Assembly: GCA_964016885.1 (NCBI GenBank)
Contig: OZ024749.1
Span: forward strand, 15,686,001 to 15,750,000
Direction of reading: 5' to 3'
Length of the DNA stretch: 64,000 nucleotides
From: Eledone cirrhosa
Lineage: Eukaryota
The notes beneath the pieces were generated by a model that searched no databases, had not been told where the DNA came from, and was given only the letters and a program-made list of their open reading frames with translations. Below are positions 28,198 to 44,246 of this stretch, piece after piece. The stretch's first letter is position 1, and each line of letters starts with the position of its first letter. A program made the position numbers and the translations under genes.

Positions 28198-28755
28198 CAT
28201 CATCATCATCATCATCATCGTTTAACGTCCATGTTCCACGCTTGCATGGGTTTGGACGGGAGTTTTCCCACTTGAGGCAAGAGTGGTTGTCTTGCTCGCA
28301 TAGGACTGTCTGGCGGGCTTTCTACAGCTGGATGCCCTTCCTAACACCAACCACATTTACAGTGTGGGGCTGGGAGGTTTTTAGCGTGTTGCCTACACGG
28401 CCACATTACAGTGTGGACTGTGTGTTTTTTTTTGTCGTGACACCTACACGATCTCATTTGTTTCGGCCTGGATGTTGTGGCACCAACATAACTTTACATT
28501 GAAAGGGGCGGTGTGGATGGGGTGGGGGTGGTGGGACGGGGGTGTATTTTGTTAGAGATGCCTACTGACTGTAGTAGGTTTTACTTTGTTAGGCGGGTCT
28601 TCTCTATTACTGAGTACCGCCAAAGATCTCGGTCCAGTGACATTGTCTTGGAGCGGTGTAAGTGTGTGAGGTCGGAATTTATCAGGTCGTCCCAGGTTTT
28701 TCTGGGTCTGCCTACTCCGTGGCTACCATCTATCTTTATTGCCCTGCACTTTTTT
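28198..28755 (-). mobile_element. RTE-like LINE 3' end with (GAT)n tail
   Basis: [26 protein letters not shown]; (CAT)n at 28198-28219 on the plus strand. Confidence 0.7.
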
Positions 28756-28882
<127 letters not shown>

Positions 28883-29065
28883 GATAAGAGGAAAATGCGA
28901 AGTTATAGATGTTAGAGTCTTTTATTAATTGAGCCGTTATACATATTTCCATGACGATAGATATCCCGAGAAGGGGGCGAAAAACCAAAGCAGAAACATA
29001 CATTTTTTTTAGTCCGCTCACTTCCACCTATAATTACCTCGAAACGTTACCTTTTATTCCATTTT

Positions 29066-29116
29066 GCTGTCTGAAGAAATAACCATATCTATTGTCATGG
29101 AAATATGTATAACGGC
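29066..29116 (+). ncRNA. Type I hammerhead ribozyme motif
   Basis: GCTGT-CTGAAGA-A-ATAAC..GTCAT-G-GAAA-TATGT-ATA-ACGGC. Inverted partial copy at 28885-28962. Confidence 0.75.
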
Positions 29117-29639
29117 TCAATTAATTAAACACTCTAACATCTTCAACTTCGCATTTTCCTCTTTATAAATATACTCCGTCATCCTTATTTTAAAGAAGTA
29201 TTATGATGTTGAGTGCTTCAAAATATATGTTTTATTATATATATTTCGAAGGTACTGTGCTGTTTTTTCAGTACGTCCTCGACAGATAACATGTATTGAT
29301 GTATGACATACCTCAACGGTCTTGATGATTCAATTCCAGTATTGGCAGTCAATACGTACTGAAAAAACAGCACAGTACCTTCGAAATATATATAATAAAA
29401 CACATATTTTGATTATGTGAATGTCTTCATTTATTAATATTTTGAGTAATATTAATAACTCCAGAAAACTTCCTTGTAGAGTGCTTTTAATCTATTGTAA
29501 AAATATATTAATTGAGTAATCAATGAACCATATTAATCTTTGGTTATATATATATAGTGGTAGAACACTGGAAGGTAGAGCACTCAGTCCATGGGACGAG
29601 TTAGGTAGAAGTGGTTACACAACAGTTAGTTCACCATAC

Positions 29640-29677
29640 CGAGAACAAATGTTTCACCTTAGCGGATCCTCAGCTCG
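29640..29677 (-). ncRNA. Minimal type I hammerhead motif
   Basis: Minus strand: CGAG-CTGAGGA-T-CC-GCTAA-GG-T-GAAA-CATTT-GTT-CTCG; same family as 60139. Confidence 0.65.
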
Positions 29678-30580
29678 TAAATCCACGCACACATATATAT
29701 ATATATATATATATATTTCGTTTCTGAATTTGTTTAGCAAGATTCTTTATCTGAAATCGTGTGTTGAAACCGATATTGTTATACTTTGGGAGGGTCATGT
29801 TGCCAATAAGAAACACACGCACCAGTTGCTTTCACTTCAATTTATTATAATAAATTTATAAATTTAGGAATTTATAAATTTATAAATTTATTATAATAAA
29901 TTGAAGTGAAAGCAACTGGTGCGTGTGTTTCTTATTGGCAACATGACCCTCCCAAAGTATAACAATATATATATATATATAATTTATTTATGTTCATACA
30001 TGGAGCAAAAACGCGACCTAACGTTTCAAGGTCCAATATTGACCATATATGAAGAGTGTAAGAGGGATCAAATTTGTGACCTACTCTTATTCTTCAGGCG
30101 CTTAGATGCAACATAAACAATAAAATATATCAGCTCTCACACCTGATTGAGCACTGTTTTCCCTTTTCACACCTACACACATCCACCCCACACGGACAAA
30201 CACACACACATATACATATATACATATATATATTTGTATATATATACCTTTGATGTGATTCCGTCCCTCTACGGAAAACCATTGTGTGTGCGTTTATTTA
30301 TATATTTATATATGTCTGTGTTTGTGTGTACATATATATATGTATGTATGCATTTATATGTGCATATATATGTGTATATATATATATATGTATGTGTATA
30401 TATATGTGTATATATATATATGTATATATATATAGTATATATATATAGTATATATATATAGTATATATATATAGTATATATATATGTATATATATATATG
30501 TATGTATATATATATGTACATATATATGTGTGTGTGTGTGTGTGTATGTATGCATATATATATATGTGTGTGTGTATGTA

Positions 30581-30619
<39 letters not shown>

Positions 30620-30810
30620 GATGTGATGTAAATACTGGGTTATATCAGTGAACACCAGATAAATAATGGTAAGTTGTGTCAGTTCTTGAAGAATCCTAAC
30701 ATTGGTTGTTTCATTCCAGAGAAATAACAGTTGCTCCATTACATCATTGTCATGGCAACACACACGGCTAACACATGTGCGTCTCCCCCCCTTCTCTCTC
30801 TCTCTATATA

Positions 30811-30845
<35 letters not shown>

Positions 30846-31001
30846 AATATATGAATATAAATATAAATATATGAATATATATATTTATATATATGTAAAA
30901 GTTCTATTTAAATTGTTGGGATACAACAAGCAAATATTTTTATAACTGATATAAAGCACTCAACAAATAATTGGAGTAAAAATACGATATTATTAATATC
31001 G

Positions 31002-31033
<32 letters not shown>

Positions 31034-31159
31034 TATATATATATATAAATATATTTATATATGAATATATATATATTTATTATATATTAATATATATATA
31101 TATAAGTATGTAACAGCCGTACTAAGAGTGGGAAATGAAATATCGTTTCATTTTTTCCG

Positions 31160-31305
<146 letters not shown>

Positions 31306-31557
31306 AGTTTGTGTATGTGTGAGTATATATTTATATATATTTGTACATATTTATTGCGCTTGTGTGTGTATGTGTGTGTGGATTGTTTTCTTTCATGTCT
31401 GGCAATATCAAGATTATCGAATGTCGATCCATTCAATGAGGTTTTGTTGATCACATGTGAAAGGGAGAGACATATATCTATCTCTCTCTCTATATATATA
31501 AAATATATATATATACATATATATACATACATACATATATACACACACACACCCATA

Positions 31558-31638
<81 letters not shown>

Positions 31639-31820
31639 AAGTATGTATGTACACGTACATACATATATGTATACAGTAGTATGTATATATATACATATAT
31701 ATACGTCATATATACATACTACTGTACGTCTGTATAGATATATGTATGTACGTGTACATACATACTTACATTTAAGTATCAGCCGTACTAAGAGTGAGAA
31801 ATGAAATTTCGTTTCATTCT

Positions 31821-31881
<61 letters not shown>

Positions 31882-31931
31882 TACATATGTATATATATAT
31901 ATAAACTATATATATATATATATACTTATTT

Positions 31932-31981
<50 letters not shown>

Positions 31982-32027
31982 TTACACACACACAAATATA
32001 TATATATATATATATATATACATATTT

Positions 32028-32107
<80 letters not shown>

Positions 32108-33606
32108 AGAGAGAGAGAGAGTGTGAGAGAGAGAGAGAAGGAGGCAGTGGAAAAGAAATGCATTACTAGACCGACAACAACAGCTACAACAACAGCTACA
32201 ACAACAGCTACAACAACAGAAATAATGTACAATTCCCAGTTGGTGGAATTGTTGTATTTGCCCTGACTTATATTATTCGGTGTTCCAATCCAGCCGTGAC
32301 CTACATCGCTGGTAGATTTAGATTACTGTCCGTCAGATTGAATACTCTGTGGTTTTCGTTCTTGTTCTCTGAGTTCAAATCCTGCCGAGGTTAACTTTGC
32401 CTTTCATCCATTGGTGGTCGATAAAACAATACCATTCTAGTACTGGGGTCGATTCTGCCTCTATATCTCTGTCTCACTTCCATTCGTTCACTCTGTCTCT
32501 ATCCTTAACTCGAAGAAATCTGCTATATTCAGACTTGGGGAGGAGATGGGTACCGCTAGATTTGAAAAAACCCAAAATGCCCTAGAAACGTCGTATGTGA
32601 ATACGGTGCCCATACAACTTCCCCCGGACACCCCCAGGGATCATACCATGCCATGCATGTTTTAACAGCAGTAACCTACTTTGATGGTAGATTTAATCCT
32701 TCACCCATTTTAACAGCACCACCTGAAACACTGTGTTTTTAGTAGGGTCCACACTGTTTTAAGCTTTCGGGACACGGTTCAGGTCTGAGTATCCCTTTCT
32801 TTCCTTTGTCCCTCCCTCCCTTTCTTCTTTCCTTCCCTCTATCATAAGATCGCGGGATCAATACCTGCACTGAGCGGGCTATGGTGTTGTGGTCAAAGTA
32901 CTTTCATTCACGTTACTTCTTGTCAGGAGTTGCGACAGACAGACAGATCGTATCAGTAATGGAAAAAAACCAATGGAAACATTGTTTCCTGGCTCCAATA
33001 TAATGGTGAGCTCCTTTCTTCTACCGGGAGTTGTGACCAACAGATACTACCCAGCAGGGAATTATCAATGTAAACATTGTTTTCTATGTCTGATCTGACT
33101 ATCAGCTCCTTTCTTATGCCAGGAGAAGTGATTGACAGAAAGATCAACAATGGAAAGACTTATGGAAACATTGTATCCTTAGTCAGAATGGGGACATTGT
33201 TTCTTGGTCTGATCTAACCATCTGACTCGTCTCAGTAGCCCTAAATAGGGCTCGTAGCCACGCCCCTTCCTCATGAATTTCGGAAGACTTAAAAAGGGCC
33301 ATAACTCTGACGTTTCTCTGCCTGATTAAACAGTAAAACAAAAAGGAAGTGAAACTGCTGGACTCAGAAGCTGAAATCTTAGTTCCCCACATCTCTCTCT
33401 CACACACACACGCATCTTCTATGTTGTTTACTTGTCCCCTCGCTTTACGCGATTTACTGGTCCCAATAACTTTTTTTAGTTATTGCTCGCACCAACGTGA
33501 GGTATATGATTTTTAAATACCAATGATGGTTGGAAAATCACTGACGAAGGACTATTTTTATCATATGTAACCCATGTGCAACAACGCAGTATACTTCTTT
33601 CTTCTC

Positions 33607-33658
<52 letters not shown>

Positions 33659-33664
33659 AATAAA

Positions 33665-33860
33665 TTATCGAGAATCGGAATCTCGGCCCACGAAATAACG
33701 AAACACAAACTTCGAAATGTGTGGCAAAAGGCTCAATAGTTTGGATAAACCAGAGCTATAACTAACCTTTAAATACCAACACATAGAGACAATGCTTAAA
33801 ATCATTCGCACAACCGATAAAACGACCAGGAAAATTCGGGTCATACAAATAATAAATTAA

Positions 33861-33924
<64 letters not shown>

Positions 33925-34255
33925 TTAATTTATACATTTAATATATACATTTAATTTATTATTTGTATGACCCGAATTTTCCTGGTCGTTTTATCGGTTG
34001 TGCGAATGATTTTAAGCATTGTCTCTATGTGTTGGTATTTAAACGGGAAAGTATCAACACATATATTTTTATTGTTTTACCCGAATTACTTGGTCGTTTT
34101 GATTTTGGTTGTGCGGATGATATGTTTAACCATCATCTCAGTGTGTTTGGCCCTTAACGTATGTTGTAGCTCTGATTCATATGCTTCATCGAGCGCTTGC
34201 CACACATCTCGGACGTTGATTTTCGTTAATTCCTGAGCTGAAAACGATTCTCGCT
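33665..34255. repeat. Inverted repeat centred on a (TA)n tract
   Basis: Near-perfect arms 33770-33866 and 33945-34042, with more diverged outer arms. Confidence 0.75.
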
Positions 34256-34261
34256 AATTTA

Positions 34262-34339
<78 letters not shown>

Positions 34340-34424
34340 TACATGTATATTTATATATATACATATACATGTATATATATATACATATATATATATACAT
34401 GTATATATATGTATATATATATAC

Positions 34425-34505
<81 letters not shown>

Positions 34506-35048
34506 CATGTATATGTATATATATATATATACATGTATATGTATATATATAAATATACATGTATATATATATACATACATGTATATATATATATATATGT
34601 ATATATATATACATGTATATGTATATATATATATACATGTATATATATATACACATATATACATATATATATACATATATATACACATATATACATATAT
34701 ATATACATATATATACACATATATATATACATATATACATATATATATATACATATATATACACATATATATATACATATATATATACATATACATACAC
34801 ACACACATATAGATGGCCTCACACACACAGACACACAGCCCCCCACAAGAACAGTTACACGTCCTTTAATCTATATTAACTTGGTAAGTCTCCCCCCCCC
34901 CCCACCGCTACACCGATCTTTTATCAACTTAATCTCTGTGATAAATTTAAATATATTTTATAATGAGGAGCTCATTAAAATCTAATTAGGGTTCATTAGG
35001 GCAAATATACAGACACACACATACAACACACACATATATATACACACG

Positions 35049-35116
<68 letters not shown>

Positions 35117-35125
35117 TATATACAC

Positions 35126-35199
<74 letters not shown>

Positions 35200-35200
35200 G

Positions 35201-35253
<53 letters not shown>

Positions 35254-36689
35254 ACACATACACAAATACAATACACACGCACACAGAAACACACAAACAT
35301 ACATACACACAAATATGGTTGCTTATATAGGCACAAGGCCAGCAATTTGGGAGGAGGGAAAAGTCAATTAAATCGTCACCCAGTCCATGACTGGTACTTT
35401 ATTTTATCGACCGCGTAAAGATGAAAGGCAAAGTTATAATCGGTGGGATTTGAACTCAGATCATAAAGGGCCGTAACTCTATGCTACAAAGCATGGCATC
35501 TGACCCTCTACCGATACTGTCAATTCATACTCACATACTCACATAAATATGAAAAATAGATAATACGGTGTCTGGTTAAGGAGTTCTCTTTGCAGTCACG
35601 TGGTTTTAGGTTCAGTTCCGCTGTGCGGCCACTTGACTAAATGTTTTCTACCATAGACTCAGGAGTTGACCTCAGTAGACAGAAGCTGCAGAAATTGTGC
35701 GTGCCTGCGTGCATGCATTCATATGTGCGTGAGCGTGTGCATGTATGTGTGTGTGTGCGTGTGTGTGTGTGCGTGTGCGTGCGTGTGTGTGCTTATGTCA
35801 CGTAATGTTTATACGTTCCAGACTAACAAATAAATTAAATACTTTGGTCGATATAATCAACTAAATAAATCCTTTTAAAGTGAGGCCCCAGCATCGCCAC
35901 AATCTCACGATGGAAACTACTAAAGATAAGGAAAAAAAGGAACCAGATAAGATGATGTCGGTTATTTTATTTTCATAATACGAAACACATCTGGAAAAAA
36001 CGTCTGTTTGTATCAAAGTATCGAATGACAAATTTGGAGAATTGGCAGTCATTAGAACGTCGGATAGAATGCTTTGCCATTTCGGCTCTATGCATTCTCA
36101 GTTCAAATCCAGCTGAGGCCAACTTTGCATTTCATCCATTCATGGTTGATAAAAAAAAAAGTACCAGTCTAATACTGGGGACAATTCTTCTTCTATATCT
36201 CTTTCACTTCGTCTCTGTCCTGTCATTTCCTATCCTTCTCTGGTAGAAATAAGCTGTACTCCGGCTTGGAGAGGCATGGGCTCCGCCAGTCTTAAAAAGG
36301 CCCAAGAAACGCCGTATGTCACTATGTAGGTCAACTTGGCCTTTCATCCATTCATGGTCGATAAAAAAAGTACCAGTCAAGTACTGGGGTCGATTCTTCC
36401 TCTTTCTCATTTCCTTTCTCTCATTCTCTGTACCCATCTCTGGAAGAAATCTACTGTATTCAGGCCCGGAGAGGAGATGGGCTCCACCAGGTTTAAAAAA
36501 ATTGCTCAAGAAACGCTACATGTCAATATGGCGCCCCTACGATTCCCTCAAGAGTTACGGGTCCATACCATACCATCGAATGACAATGTCTGTACATGTA
36601 GCCGTACAATGCAGGGGAGCATTGGTTGAATAAGGTTTCTTGTTTGCTGGCAGACCTGGGCCCTTAAATAACGATGGAATTATAGGGAT

Positions 36690-36930
36690 TCCTATGTGTC
36701 GCGGTTACATGCGAGGTCTAATGTCTCCGATAACGATTTGTCTGTCCATTCTTTGATGCTGTCTGTCCATCTTTTCCTCTGCCCGCCTCTCTTTCTTTCT
36801 CTTTATGTTCCCACAGTTTCCTGTAGGGGGTTCTTTGTAAAGCCCCTACAATTTGTCACGTGGTCATACCATCTAAGCATTCATTCTTTCTCTGCTGAGA
36901 AAATGGCTTCGTGGAGGCCATTGTGATGTT
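36690..36930 (-). mobile_element. Decayed RTE-like LINE C-terminal fragment
   Basis: Minus frame reads LRWYDHV..LQETVG..RKRGGQRKRWTDSIKEWT. Confidence 0.55.
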
Positions 36931-38018
36931 GGATGGTCAAATTTGTCATTCATTCTTTCTAAAAGTCTAAAGTCTGTCTCGAGTCCGGAGGATCAACATG
37001 CTGGTGCTTATCCACGGTTTCCGCGGCGTTAAGCAACTGAAAGTACAAGACTCCTCACAGGAGAAGACGCCAATCCATCGCTGGGTTAAGTCCCGCCCCT
37101 AGATTATGCTGGTAATCCTTTTCAGCTGAGTATATTGGAACAAGGAGAAATAAAGTGTCTTGCTTAAGATCACAATACAAAAATCAATTCAGTAATCGAA
37201 CCCACGACATTATGATCGTAAATCCAGCAGCCTTTACCACTAGGCGACGCGCTACCACTTTTCATTCTTTCGAGAAGTCGATGAATAAAGAAATGGCACT
37301 CCAAGTGGCGAGGGACTGGTGGAGTTATTGAAAAATTAGTTGTGATGTCTTGTGGTATTTGTCCTGGTTCAGATCCTGCCCCATGCTACTGAAACATCGG
37401 TAAGGCTTCTGTCAGGAACTGCACACTAATAGATAGGATCAGAATTGGAAAGAAAACGATAGAAACGGTGTTTCTTTGGTTCTATGTCTTAATATCTAAC
37501 TGTTTGTAGATGTGAAACTTACCATGAGTCTGACTAGTCACGCTTGGGGATCCAGCCGGAGTGTTGGAGACGGTTGCTTCTGACAGGACCCGCTGGAAGG
37601 AATATTTCAGGACTCGGCTCCCCATGACCATACCATAAATAAGTGGGCGGCGGCGGGGCGGAAGAAGAAGTGAAACTTTCTGTTGTCAATTAACTCTTTT
37701 ACAACCCCAATTAGGAGGGGACATAATTGTGTAATAAAATCTTTTGTAAATGTATGTAACTCAATATAAAACAAATCGCCCACCTCTATAGAGAGCTGTA
37801 GAATTATTCCAATTAAGGAAACGGACATAAATATCATTGTACACGCTAGGAAATGTCTGCTATTAGACGATAATTCTTTCTCAGCTCGTCGTAGTTGGCA
37901 TGTATTGTTTACTGTCGCTATGGGATCATACGATGGAATCGAGATTTGCGAATTAATAGGATTATATATATATATATATATATGTGTGTGTGCGTGTGTG
38001 TGTGTGTGTGTGTGCATG

Positions 38019-38078
<60 letters not shown>

Positions 38079-38401
38079 AACTTATACCAATGTCTCCATC
38101 GTATATTAGTGACAAATAACCTTTTCTCTTTCTTTGAAATATATATATACACAGAGATATCCACGGTAAGTTGTGGGGTCTAGTCTGCATGAAGAACTCA
38201 ATGTAATCCATATATTGAAAATGTTGTAGGTTAAAATAAATCCCGGAAAACAATAAAACATTAAAAGGAAAACAGAGTCATGATATAAGTTAAAACAATG
38301 AAATAAAAAATCAAGTCATTAGAAATATACTTCTCTAGAAGTATATTTCTAATGACTTGATTTTTTATTTCATTATTTTAACTTATATATATATATATAT
38401 A

Positions 38402-38472
<71 letters not shown>

Positions 38473-38674
38473 CTTCATTCTGAACAGACTCCGATGTTCG
38501 GTCTTTACAGTAATGATGGACTATTCATTTTGCGAAATGTGTGTGTGTGTGTGTGTGTGTCTTTGTCTTCAAACTTCTAGTTGGTAGCTTCATTTGGCTG
38601 TTTGAATGTTTTAAAGACTACTGTATTTATAACTTATATTCTAAAATATATACACACATGTATATATATGTATG

Positions 38675-38813
38675 AGAGGTGGGGGAGAGTAGAGAGAGGG
38701 AGAGGAGGGGGGTGGAGAGGAGGGAGAGAGGGGGAAGGAGAGAGATGAGAGAGAGGAGGGAGGGAGAGGGACAGAGAGGAGAGGGACAGAGAGGAGAGGG
38801 ACAGAGAGGAGAG

Positions 38814-38883
<70 letters not shown>

Positions 38884-39018
38884 AGAGAGAGAGAGAAGAG
38901 GAGAGAGAGAGAGAAGAGGAGAGAGAGAGAGAGAGAGGAGGGAGGGAGAGAAGAGACAGAGAGAGAGGGAGGAAGAGAAGAGGACAGAGAGAGAGGGAGG
39001 AAGAGAAGAGGAGAGAGA

Positions 39019-39075
<57 letters not shown>

Positions 39076-39403
39076 AGAGAGAGAGAGAAGAGGAGAGAGA
39101 GAGAGAAGAGGAGAGAGAGAGGGAGGGAGAGAAGAGGAGAGAGAGAGAGGGAGGGAGAGAAGAGGACAGAGAGAGAGGGAGGAAGAGAAGAGGAGAGAGA
39201 GAGGGAGGGGGGAGAGAGAGAGGGGGAGGGAGAGAAGAGGAGAGAGAGAGGGAGGGAGAGAGAAAGAGAGAGAGAGGGAGAGAGAGAGAGAGGAATGGAG
39301 TGAGAGAGAGAGAGAGGAATGGAGTGAGAGAGAGAGAGAGGAATGGAGTGAGAGAGAGAGAGAGGAATGGAGTGTGAGAGAGAGAGAGAGGAATGGAGTG
39401 AGT

Positions 39404-39439
<36 letters not shown>

Positions 39440-39467
39440 TAGAGTGAGAGAGAGAGAGGAATGGAGT

Positions 39468-39535
<68 letters not shown>

Positions 39536-39638
39536 ATGGAGTGAGAGAGAGAAAGAAAATAAGAGTAATAAGTAACTGGTAGCATTAGTGTTGATAAATT
39601 CTGACCAGACGACAGTGTGGGACACAGAGCTACATACT

Positions 39639-39700
<62 letters not shown>
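38675..39700. repeat. (GA)n compound microsatellite followed by (GATA)n
   Basis: Direct periodicity. Confidence 0.95.
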
Positions 39701-39701
<1 letters not shown>

Positions 39702-40015
39702 GTTTGGATAGATTAGGCAGATAGGTAAATAGATAGACAGATTAGATAGGATAGAGGAAGTGATAGATAGATATATAGATATATAGAGAGCAAGAGTGTG
39801 AGTCAGAGTAATAGTAAAATGTAGTAGTGTATTAGTGTTGAGAAACGATGACCAGACGACAATGTAGGAGTTGAATGGAGAGAATTATATAAGTAGTTGG
39901 GGGAATAATTTCATAGAAATGAAGTAAACGAGCGTCTGACACAGCCACAAAATTGATCGGTTATCGAATAATTCTCTTAGATTTAATAACAATATTTATC
40001 ATCTCTCAACTTTCT

Positions 40016-40101
<86 letters not shown>

Positions 40102-40123
40102 ATGTATGTGTGTGTGTGTGTAA

Positions 40124-40154
<31 letters not shown>

Positions 40155-40294
40155 GTAATTTGTATATTTATTATTACAATACGTAGATACATACAGATAT
40201 ACACACACATTATATATATGTATATATATATATATATGTGTGTGTGTATATGTGTGTGTATATGTATATATATATATATATATATATGTATATG

Positions 40295-40327
<33 letters not shown>

Positions 40328-40346
40328 ATGTGTATATGTGTGCATG

Positions 40347-40399
<53 letters not shown>

Positions 40400-41564
40400 C
40401 TGTGTAGAGTGAGAGAGAGAGAGAGAGTATGCAACATTGCGTCCGTCATATATCGTCTGCTATTATTGTGCAGGCGTAACACCACGATTTACATAACAGC
40501 AGACACAAACAACACATACATACACACAGACACATTGGAACACACAGATACATTGGCACACATATACACACATACATACATTGAACACACGCAGACACAT
40601 TGGCACACACACACATACACTGGAACACACAGACACATTGGCACACACACACATACACTGGAACACACAGACACATTGGCACACACACATACACAGGTAC
40701 ACACGTACAAACAGGTACATAGACATTTCTACATACACATTGGCACACAACACACACACGTTTCCACAGACACACATACACACTGATATACACACACTAC
40801 CACACACACACACACATCTTCACAAACACATACGTATCTATGTGTACTTGTACCACACACACATACATTTCTACACTCACAAGCACACATACATATTTAC
40901 ACAATCTGGCACACACACACACATACATATTTACACACTCTGGCACACACACACACAGGCACACATACATATTTACACACTCTGGCACACACACACACAC
41001 TGGTACACATACAAATATCTACACACACTGGTACTCACATACATATATACACACAGACACATATATACATATACACACAGACACACACATATACACATAT
41101 ACACACAGACACACATATACAGGAGCTATACTTCATATATAATAATCGCTAGATATTCAATGAGATTTGTAGTAGTATAGGTGGTGGTGGTGGTGGTAGG
41201 AGTGAATCAATAGAAAGACACCTCTTACTGCTGCCATCAACACCACCACCTCAACAACTAGTACTACTACTGCATTACTACTACTACTACCACCACCAAC
41301 ATTACTACTACTAGCACCACCACTACTTCTACCATTAACTACTACTAACACCACTACCACCACCAACATTACTACTACTAGCACCACCACTACTACTACC
41401 ATTACTACTACTAGCACCACTACCACCAGCAACATTACTACTACTACCATTACTACTACTATCCATTGTAGTGAAAGAAACGGATGTTGTTATGACTTCC
41501 TTGGTAGGATTAGGTGGAGAGGTTATGGACAGTTATATAGAAAGACAGACAGACAGACACACAC

Positions 41565-41597
<33 letters not shown>

Positions 41598-41618
41598 AAG
41601 TGTGAGAGAGAGATACAA

Positions 41619-41659
<41 letters not shown>

Positions 41660-41760
41660 CACCATGTATAGAGAGACAAAGACAGAAAATATATATATAA
41701 AACAATGAATGAAATATGTAAATAACTTGGCTTTGTTAACATTGTTGAATAATATAATGT

Positions 41761-41793
<33 letters not shown>

Positions 41794-42037
41794 GGGGGGG
41801 AGACAGAGAGAGAGAGAGAGACACGTATACATTAACATACACACACATATATATATATATATGATGATAATATACACACATATATATATGATAATAAATA
41901 TATATATATATTATATGATAAATATATATATATATGATAATAAATATATATTATATATATGATAATAAATATATATATATATATAGAGAGAGAGAGGGGG
42001 ACAGATACACGTGTGTGTATATATACATATTATATTT

Positions 42038-42071
<34 letters not shown>

Positions 42072-42074
42072 TGT

Positions 42075-43472
42075 AGCCCCCATATAAGTTCTATATCACA
42101 AAATACACAACGCCACACAGATTACACCATCGCAACCAAATACACGCCAAAGAACACCACCACAATACACCAACAAACCTAATTCGCAGCCCATACATAA
42201 CAATCTTCAAAATCATATAGTAGAACCGGCGCATAGAAAGCATTTCTATGCAATTGCCACTTACTCGACAATTGCCCTCTACTAACAGATGCCTTGAGAA
42301 AAACGTAGTATACTTGTGTACTATCAACTCAGGTAGCTTGGCATGGTATTACATTGGTTCCACCAGCTGGTGTTTTCAAAAAACGGTGGTACGTGCACAG
42401 ACATTCTATGATTAATAAGAATCAATCAAATACAACAACTCTTGCCAATAAAATATGGCAAACTCAAGAATGCAGGCATTAAATACGAGATTAGCTGGAA
42501 AATACCGTCACTGCTAAGGCCTATTAAACTGGTATGTCCCATTGTAGGCTCTGTAATATGGAGCTCTTCCAAATTCTTAATTTTAGTAAAACCCTTCTTA
42601 ACAGCAGAATTGAGCGAAACTATCTTTTGCCGGCATAAATCAGCAAGGAAGTTCCTGAACTTTAGACCAACTTAACTCCATGTTATACTCCTTATTCCTT
42701 TTTATACTTTAGCACCTATTACGATATCAAATTATCACAAACTTCATAATTACGTAAAATAACCTAAAAACATTTGTATTAACATCATTATTTTTATTTG
42801 TATTTACATCATATATTATCTTATATATATACACCTTTCACCATGTCTTTGTATTTCTCCACTTAAACATATTTTATCTTGATCATTTTATCCTATAATA
42901 TAATACATCTCAAACTAGCTATTTTAGTAATGTATATTCGTCCGTATATTTATTTTCATTTCTCTCTTCTTCATATCCCCATATTCATGATTAATTTCTA
43001 TCCCCCTCTGCTTCCCCATCCCTCTTAATCTTCCTCTATTTCTTTCTCATCTTCCTTACTTATCCTTCCTCTTTGCCTATGCTATATCCCCCTTCTCTCT
43101 TTCTACATATATCTATAATATTATTAATATTATATTTATTTTGATGTGATAGTTTGATTTCGTAACTTTGCCGGTTATACATTTAACTATATCTTCGTTC
43201 CTTCTTTCGTCATTTTCTTTCTTTCTCTCTCATTTATTTATCATTAATACTATTATTGATGTAGTTATTTGAATTTTTAAGTTTACCGTTACGCATATAT
43301 TTTATATTTCTTAATAGTTTCTGATGAAATGATTGACCTTAGATGTATTGTAAATTGAGTTATACTGTCTCCAGTATTTAGCAATTTATAGATAATTCTA
43401 TCATGGAAACAATTGTAAGACTGTAAATAAATATCCTTGTTTGTACTATCTACCATGTTATTCTTCACTTTT
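42075..43472 (+). mobile_element. PLE 3' fragment: decayed GIY-YIG, pyrimidine-rich 3' UTR and HHR
   Basis: CNC..CP..RCLEKNVVYLC..YYIGSTS..KYEISWK..C.LCNME..CRHK (frameshifted); ends in HHR 43316-43422, then (TA)n. Confidence 0.75.
43316..43422 (+). ncRNA. Type I hammerhead motif with expanded stem II (78 nt)
   Basis: AGTTT-CTGATGA-A-ATGATTGA...TCTATCAT-G-GAAA-CAATT-GTA-AGACT. Palindrome ACAATTGT. Confidence 0.8.
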
Positions 43473-43477
43473 ATATA

Positions 43478-43563
<86 letters not shown>

Positions 43564-43600
43564 CTGATGAGCGGGAACCCGCGAAACAGAATATTGACAG
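43564..43600 (+). ncRNA. Degenerate or truncated hammerhead motif
   Basis: CTGATGA-GCGG-GAAC-CCGC-GAAA-CAG-AATA-TTGAC. Cleavage triplet mutated; stem I not formed. Confidence 0.45.
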
Positions 43601-43716
43601 AGAGAAAGATTTGTGATATAGTAAGAAGAGAGAATATTCTCTACTTTGGTATTGAGCACTTTTACATTGTGTCTGAACACCCAAACGTACGGCTATATAT
43701 ATTGATAAATATATAT

Positions 43717-43840
<124 letters not shown>

Positions 43841-44099
43841 ATATATATAAATATATATTTAAGTAACAGCCGTACTAAGAGTGGGAAATGAAATTTCGTT
43901 TCATATTTTCCGTTTATATATATATATACACACACATATATATTTATACTTAGAATGTATATATACATGTATACATAAAATGTATATATACACACACCTA
44001 TATATATACACACACACACCTATACACACATACATATACATATATATACACACACACATACATATACACACACACATATACATATATACACACACACAA

Positions 44100-44184
<85 letters not shown>

Positions 44185-44189
44185 TCCAT

Positions 44190-44246
44190 GTCCTGATGAT
44201 ATTTTAATGTTAACGGTTTATATTAAAACTGAAACGTTCGTATGAT
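44190..44246 (+). ncRNA. Degenerate hammerhead motif
   Basis: CTGATGA-TA-TTTTAATGT..ATATTAAAA-CT-GAAA-CGTTC-GTA; weak stem I. Confidence 0.5.
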
